A stretch of 64,000 bases of DNA, taken from the IMG/VR virus record IMGVR_UViG_3300043811_000074, positions 8,721 through 72,720 of that record; one strand, given 5' to 3'. This document shows positions 58,515 to 64,000 of this stretch, in pieces (the first letter of the stretch is position 1; each line of letters begins with the position of its first letter). Under the pieces are notes generated by a model. It did no database searches, was not told the DNA's origin, and saw only the letters and a list, made by a program, of their open reading frames with translations. The DNA is from a virus. The position numbers were made by a program, and so were the translations under genes.

Positions 58515-58596
58515 GGGATTCCCTCGTGTGGTATATACTGTAGGACATTGTAGCACGGTCGCGGCAAAAGAAAAGCGGAATTATTTCGGAATTCCT

Positions 58597-58626
58597 CTTG
58601 CTTATCGTGTCACACCGTCTTACAAT
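58597..58626 (+). promoter_or_regulatory. rightward promoter, copy 2 of the 30-bp inverted repeat
   Basis: CTTGCTTATCGTGTCACACCGTCTTACAAT. Confidence 0.8.
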
Positions 58627-58649
58627 GTGTAAGAGGGGGCAGGGCAACG

Positions 58650-58938
58650 AAACACTCACACGAAGGGGAACGAAAGATGGCCGCGACAATTATCACCGCT
58701 GAAGCTCACGCCCAAAACACTGGCTATTGCGTCTACTCCGTTGCCGAGGCTGCACAAAAGCTAGGGCGGTCGGTTAGCTCGATCCGCCGCGAACTGCGGT
58801 CCATCGGTGTGCAGCGTGTTGCTGGCCGCTCCGTGGCGGGATTCGCCTCTTGGCCACACTCGCACGGCGACCTGGATGTGCGGCTGCCAGTGTCCGAGAT
58901 TGCCGGCTAATTGCTTCAAACACTCACACGAAAGGGAA
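58650..58938 (+). repeat. 21-bp direct repeats flanking one gene
   Basis: AAACACTCACACGAAGGGGAA (58650-70) and AAACACTCACACGAAAGGGAA (58918-38). Confidence 0.75.
58677..58910 (+). CDS. small HTH-like protein
   Basis: YSVAEAAQKLGRSVSSIRREL. Confidence 0.55.
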   Translation: MAATIITAEAHAQNTGYCVYSVAEAAQKLGRSVSSIRRELRSIGVQRVAGRSVAGFASWPHSHGDLDVRLPVSEIAG

Positions 58939-59697
58939 AGACGATGAAGACCACGACTCACTTCTGGTGGGAAGGCTGGAACGATGCGGCTTTTTTCCAG
59001 CGCAATCGAGCGGGGCAATACGCCGTCGGCTCTGATGCCCGGCGTGAGTACGAGAAAGGTTTTCGAGCCTGGTTCGCCCGCAAATAACAACACCTATGGC
59101 CGGGTGGCTACCGCCCCGACCCGTCACGGAGGATACCATGCTGACTCGTCTGCTGTTCCTGATTCTGACCACGGCCTGCAAGCTGATCGCTGAACCAAAC
59201 CGGATCGAGTTCGGCCTCGGCAAAGCTGCCCGGCAACTGATCGAAACCATCCTGCAATGAGGCACGCCATGCTGACCTACATACTCCACCGCTGCCCAGC
59301 AAGTACGGACCTCTGGCTGCGCTTCACGCCTAGCAAGGACGGTCAGACGGTTCAGGTCGAGGGGCAGCAGCACAGAAAGACACTCTGGACGCGGGAACTG
59401 TCATCGAGCGGGGCAAGGGAATTGTGGGCGGACATGCGGAAAATCGGCTGGGAGAAGTGGTAACTAAACCGGCCCTGCGTGGCCACAACAACGAGAGGGA
59501 AAAATGCAATTGCACACACAAGAACACATTGAGTTGCTGGCAATGTTTGAACGCGACAATACTTTTTCGTCGCGCAACCGTCGATTCGATAAGGAAGAGA
59601 AATCGCTGTGGAAAAAGGGACTAATCTACCAAGACGCTTATACCAACGAACTTTTTCTTGCCTATCGCTGTGGCTATGCTTTTGGAAAAGCCGTCGC

Positions 59698-60354
59698 TTA
59701 ACCCGCTTCCCGCTCCAGCGCCGCAATCCGGCGCTGGAGCCAATTCCGGTCCCTGTCGGCCTCGCTGCCAAGCTCGGCCCATAGCGGCGCAGCTTTCTTC
59801 GCCACCTTGCGGTAAAAGGCGGCCAGGTCGCGGAGACGTGACTTGCGCAACTCGGCACGGATGCCGGCTTCGCTCTGCTGGATCAGGTCCAGCTGTTGCT
59901 GCCCATTCATGCCGTCCAGCAATTCCTGCACGGCTTTGCGGACGCTCGCGGCAGTCGGTTTACGTCCCGTATCGAGCAGCCGTTTCCAGACTTGAGCCTG
60001 AAATCTTTCTGGCAGCAATGCCAGTTCGCGGGATTGGCGCTCATTCGGAATCTGTACCATTGGTGCAGACTTTTTGAGCGCGACCACAACGCGGGCATGG
60101 GTGAGCCACTGATAACCGCGGCGCTCGCCAATCGGCCATTTCCAACGTGCCGCACAATAATCCGCGAACGTGGCGTACTGCTGCCGGTAGAGGCGTTTGG
60201 CGTGGATGATCGAAAAGGCTTCAAGCGCCTGAAGCGCGGCGGTATTCGGGGACATGAGCGAGCGGACCTGCCCAATGGCGGGATGGATTATTTCCTCCAT
60301 CGCTTCCAGTTCCAGGGCTTCCTCGGACGTGAGGGCCGGGACAATCTCAGTCAT
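59698..60354 (-). CDS. conserved phage protein (RLYR..Y.TF.DYC..RW motif)
   Basis: Motif plus PNERQSREL; DUF3102-like. Confidence 0.55.
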   Translation of the reverse strand: MTEIVPALTSEEALELEAMEEIIHPAIGQVRSLMSPNTAALQALEAFSIIHAKRLYRQQYATFADYCAARWKWPIGERRGYQWLTHARVVVALKKSAPMVQIPNERQSRELALLPERFQAQVWKRLLDTGRKPTAASVRKAVQELLDGMNGQQQLDLIQQSEAGIRAELRKSRLRDLAAFYRKVAKKAAPLWAELGSEADRDRNWLQRRIAALEREAG

Positions 60355-60833
60355 GCGGTTCGCACCTGCCCCATTTTCTTGACGTGATTTCCGCTGGTGG
60401 AATTGCCGCCATTGCCGACGCGCAACGGCTCGGCTTCCGGGCCGAACACGGATAGATTATGCGCCGCCCGCCAGCACATCAAGGCCAGTCGTTCTTCCCG
60501 GCTCGTCACCAGCTGCAAGGGTGGCACGGGTCGCTCGGCATATTCTTCTTTGTCCGCAGCGGCAAGGCGCTCGAGCCATGCCTGCGTCAATTCCTCTCCG
60601 TCCCGAATCCGCTTTACTGCCCACGGAAAAGCGAAAAACGCTGTCATGACGCGCTGAGCATGTTTGCACCACTTGACGGGTTTATGATTGCATTCGCCGT
60701 CGCGCTGAAAAAGACTGCATCCCTTGTGGTCGCGGTCGAAACAGACACACGATGGCGCAAGGGCGCGACAATGACACGGCGGCATTTCCAGGGCCGAAAG
60801 CGATTTGAGCATCAGCCCGTTGACGCTAGACAT
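60351..60833 (-). CDS. hypothetical Cys-rich protein
   Basis: 160 aa, ATGA-coupled to the downstream gene. Confidence 0.5.
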   Translation of the reverse strand: MSSVNGLMLKSLSALEMPPCHCRALAPSCVCFDRDHKGCSLFQRDGECNHKPVKWCKHAQRVMTAFFAFPWAVKRIRDGEELTQAWLERLAAADKEEYAERPVPPLQLVTSREERLALMCWRAAHNLSVFGPEAEPLRVGNGGNSTSGNHVKKMGQVRTA

Positions 60834-60866
60834 GCTGCCCCCCTTGCGGGGGTGCGCTAAAAGTGG

Positions 60867-60895
60867 TTGACGGGCTGGTTATGGATGGATACACT
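60867..60895 (+). promoter_or_regulatory. sigma70-type promoter upstream of the packaging operon
   Basis: TTGACG-17-TACACT. Confidence 0.6.
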
Positions 60896-61020
60896 GAATT
60901 GCGACCTCACGCCGCCTATCGGTGCTGACAGAGCGGCGGAGTCCGTGTGGCTGTCAGGTGAGGCTGGCGAGCCACTAATACACCAGAGATTGTAGCGGAA
61001 GACAGCGGCGGAGTAAAATC

Positions 61021-61823
61021 ATGCCATTTGAAATCAGCATTAAGGCGGCGGCATTGCCGCCGCCCAAAGTGGAATACTGGCCCGTGCGGGACGAAACTAT
61101 CCGCCCTGGTGATCGTGTGAAACGCACGAATGGGCTGGCTGTGCGTGCCGATGACGATTCCTACACGGCAGTAGCGATTTGCAAGGTCAAGCCAGGAATG
61201 GCGTTGCCAGTTTGTCTCAGGAATGATGCCGCCATTGTCAATTTCGTTGCGGATGAGCCGCTATTAGTGGCGGGCGCAACGGGGTAAATCCAACCAGAGG
61301 ACACCATGACCGAAAAGCAAAAGACCGTACTGCTTGCCAAACTCGATGCGCTCCGCGAACAAATCAAGGCGGAAGATGCTGCCGCCATTTCGATGGCCCG
61401 CGTCCACCGCGAGGATGACATGGGCATGGACCGCTTCTGCCTCAACGTCAACATCGAAATCACGGAGACGGCAGAACAGAAAGCAAGGAAGGTGGCTTGA
61501 TGGAGAATGCAAGGCCATCGCCGGTTGTTCTCGGTCCAGGATTTTTGAAGGTGCCGGCCACGATGAAGGTAGTCGATCCCGGCAAGCCGTGGCTCACGAC
61601 TATTGAACTGCCGTCCGAAGCTACCGGGCAATACATCGTCGTGACTGTGCCGATTCAGATGGTGCTGACCAAAGAACAGGCAAAAGCGTTTCATGCGTGG
61701 TTGGATGACTTTCTTTCAGAATGTGCCGCGACACGACGGCTCGCGGCGGCGACTGCTATCGTTGGCGCAACAGTGGACGCTGTAAAGCAGGATCGCATCC
61801 GCCAGACGTTAGGAGCAACATGA
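61021..61823 (+). other. three small hypothetical genes (61021..61287, 61306..61500, 61497..61823)
   Basis: Consecutive plus-strand ORFs with SDs. Confidence 0.55.
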
Positions 61824-61956
61824 CCCGCTATACGCTCGAAACTATCCTCCGCAAGCTGGGCGTCACCCATGCCGGAACAGAGACGGACGGCAACGGCTGA
61901 AAAACTGATTGTTTTTCAGTTTTGAGGCAATTAAATCAGTTTAATCAGTTTTCAAC

Positions 61957-62286
61957 GTGACAAACGGTGGCCGAAGACCTGGGGCAGGGCGCAAACCGGG
62001 AAAGAAAAATACCCGGTCGCAGGAGATTGCCAATCAACAGCGGGCAGGAGGCATTACGCCGCTCGAATACATGCTCCAAATCCTCCGTGATGAAAAGGAA
62101 ACGCCCGAAGTTCGCATGGAAGCTGCCCAATCTGCCGCGCCGTTCATGCACTCCCGCCTGCAATCCATTCAGCACACCGGAAAAGACGACGGACCAATTG
62201 AGATTGATATTATCGAAGAGGTAATCACCCATGCTTCAGCAGAGGGTGAAGCTGCATCCGGCGCAGAAAGCGTTTCGCCAGAGTAA
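61957..62286 (+). CDS. terS: terminase small subunit
   Basis: GGRRPGAGRKPG...TPLEYML..LRD...RMEAAQSAAPFMH...HTGKDDGPI. Confidence 0.8.
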   Translation: MTNGGRRPGAGRKPGKKNTRSQEIANQQRAGGITPLEYMLQILRDEKETPEVRMEAAQSAAPFMHSRLQSIQHTGKDDGPIEIDIIEEVITHASAEGEAASGAESVSPE

Positions 62287-63487
62287 TGCCCTTTACGTTG
62301 GACTGGTCGGTGGGCGCGGATCTGGGAAAAGTTGGGCCGGCGCTTACCGTATGATTCGGCGCGGCAAGCGCGGGCGAGCTTACATGATCGGCAGTCCTAC
62401 CGGGATTATGATGCAGGACACGACATTTCCAACCTTCAAATCTCTCGCTCAGCAACTCGGTTTTTGGGATCAAAGTCAGGTCCGACTCTCCCCCTATCCG
62501 ACCGTGGAACTCAAGACCGGCGCGACGTTCCGTTTTCGCACCGCCGAAGACCCGGAGCGGATGCGCGGCCCGAACCTATCCGGTATCTGGCTCGATGAAG
62601 GCTCGCTCATGGCGCGAGAAGCCTTCAACATTTGCATTGCCTGTTTACGTGAAGGTGGCGAGCAAGGCTGGCTGGCTTCTTCATTCACTCCTGCTGGCCT
62701 GAATCATTGGACCTATGACGTATTCGGCAAGAACAGGCCGGACACGGAAATCTTCCACGCGCACACCAGAGACAACCCATTTGCTCCCCCCGGCTTTGCG
62801 GACACGCTGGCGCGGCAATACACCGAGGGCGAAGCCAGGCAGGAGCTTGCCGGCGAGTTCATCGACGCCGATGAGGCGCTTCAGGTGATCCCAACGGCCT
62901 GGGTACGTGCCGCGATGGACCGTTGGCGGCCGGACGGTCGGAAACTCCCACTCTCGGCAATCGGCGTGGACGTGGCGCGCGGCGGTTCCAACAAAACGGC
63001 GCTGGCCAAGCGCTATGGCTACTGGTGGGGGCTGCTCGTCAAGCGACCTGGGACTAGCACGCCGGACGGCAACGCGGTCGCGGACCTGATCGGAATTGAG
63101 CTTGCGGAGAACCGGCAAGCGCTGGTCGTGGTGGACGTGATCGGGATTGGGGCGGCAGTGTATGACGAGTGTTGCCGGCGCAGGTTTTTCGTGACGGGCT
63201 GCAATTTCGGTGCGCACACGGACGCGACGGATTCGGCAGGCGTGCTGCGATTCGCCAATATCCGCGCGTTTGCCTATTGGAGCATGAGAGAGGCGCTTGA
63301 TCCGGCCAAGGGGCTGAATGTGCAGTTGCCGAAGGATGATGAGCTTTTGGCCGATCTTACTGCGCCGCACTGGTCTAGCACGGCAGGCGGTATCCTGATA
63401 GAAAAGAAAGAAGACATTGCCAAGCGGCTCGGGCGCTCGCCAGATACGGGGGATGCGGTGGTTTACTCAATCGTCAGCCCAAGGTGA
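62231..63487 (+). CDS. terL: terminase large subunit
   Basis: GGRGSGKS Walker A, WLDE Walker B, FTP motif, GVDVARGG and SPDTGDA nuclease Asp residues. Confidence 0.93.
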   Translation: MLQQRVKLHPAQKAFRQSNALYVGLVGGRGSGKSWAGAYRMIRRGKRGRAYMIGSPTGIMMQDTTFPTFKSLAQQLGFWDQSQVRLSPYPTVELKTGATFRFRTAEDPERMRGPNLSGIWLDEGSLMAREAFNICIACLREGGEQGWLASSFTPAGLNHWTYDVFGKNRPDTEIFHAHTRDNPFAPPGFADTLARQYTEGEARQELAGEFIDADEALQVIPTAWVRAAMDRWRPDGRKLPLSAIGVDVARGGSNKTALAKRYGYWWGLLVKRPGTSTPDGNAVADLIGIELAENRQALVVVDVIGIGAAVYDECCRRRFFVTGCNFGAHTDATDSAGVLRFANIRAFAYWSMREALDPAKGLNVQLPKDDELLADLTAPHWSSTAGGILIEKKEDIAKRLGRSPDTGDAVVYSIVSPR

Positions 63488-63850
63488 ACCCATGACCCAA
63501 CCTGCCGATTGCACCTGCCCGACCACGCCGCTATTGTCTACAGGGCATTTGCCGGATTGTCCGGCAAGCAAAATCAGATATGTTGAAATCATTCGGTGGT
63601 GGGATGGCACGCAACGGGTATTGTTGCGGTATCCACAGCCAAAGCGTGGCCTGGTATTGTACAGTGGGCTTCTGGAAGATTCCGCAAAATTGGCCAAGCA
63701 CATTGACAATTGGCTCGCGGAATGGCTGGAAGCGGATGCGAAATAATTAGAGGAGCCGGTCGCTTATTTATACATGAAGACAAACCTTTGGCTGGCCAGC
63801 ACATGCTTCTTAACTTCCCCCCGTCCCGTCCCTGATGGTATGCTGTGCCC

Positions 63851-64000
63851 ATGCCAACACCTTCCACGAACGGGCATACGACCCATCCCGAAGTCAAATC
63901 CACGGCAGAGCAACTGACCGAAGCGCGGACACAGCGCGAACTCCTCCAAGAGCAAATGCAGGTCATCCTCCTGGAGCGCCAGAAGAAGCGCCTGGAGGGA
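63851..64000 (+). CDS. ORF truncated by window edge, possibly portal N-terminus
   Basis: Open to the window end; position after terL is the only support. Confidence 0.35.
   Translation, partial: MPTPSTNGHTTHPEVKSTAEQLTEARTQRELLQEQMQVILLERQKKRLEG

Noticed and set aside
60901-60985. HDV-like/theta or hammerhead ribozyme
   Set aside because: Could not assign a consistent P1-P2-P3 topology or a CUGANGA/GAAA core; kept only as a generic structured leader
1-64000. CRISPR array, tRNA or rRNA genes
   Set aside because: No regularly spaced repeats or convincing cloverleaf seen by eye; tRNAscan would be needed to exclude tRNAs fully

Overview
The window is almost the whole genome of a tailed dsDNA phage. 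It looks siphovirus-like: tail tube, chaperone and tape measure genes are present, with no sheath. It starts inside the major capsid gene and ends just after the terminase genes, so probably only a portal/protease/capsid-N stretch is missing. Layout: head-tail module (1-19.2 kb, +); large accessory/lysis module (19.2-31 kb, mostly +); HTH plus methylase-Mrr cassette (31.5-33.9 kb); leftward early/replication arm (34-58.2 kb) with three MTase types, RusA, an intein-containing SF2 helicase, ParB-like and SSAP-like genes, HNH nucleases and an IS1341-type tnpB insertion; a divergent promoter pair (58.3-58.6 kb); terminase (62-63.5 kb). Several proteins resemble Planctomycete-specific families (TIGR03067 domain, Planctomycete-type cytochrome c, Zn-ribbon plus DUF4190), suggesting a Planctomycetota host (inference). 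I recognised no integrase, DNA polymerase, primase or classical endolysin. The most unusual element is a secreted cassette at 24.1-27.7 kb: a 516-aa CxxCH protein, a Ser/Tyr-rich monoheme cytochrome c, and an acid-free amyloid-like secreted peptide. It lies next to an array of small membrane proteins and a pro-domain-less S53 (sedolisin) protease. All family assignments come from motif recognition by eye; no database searches were run.
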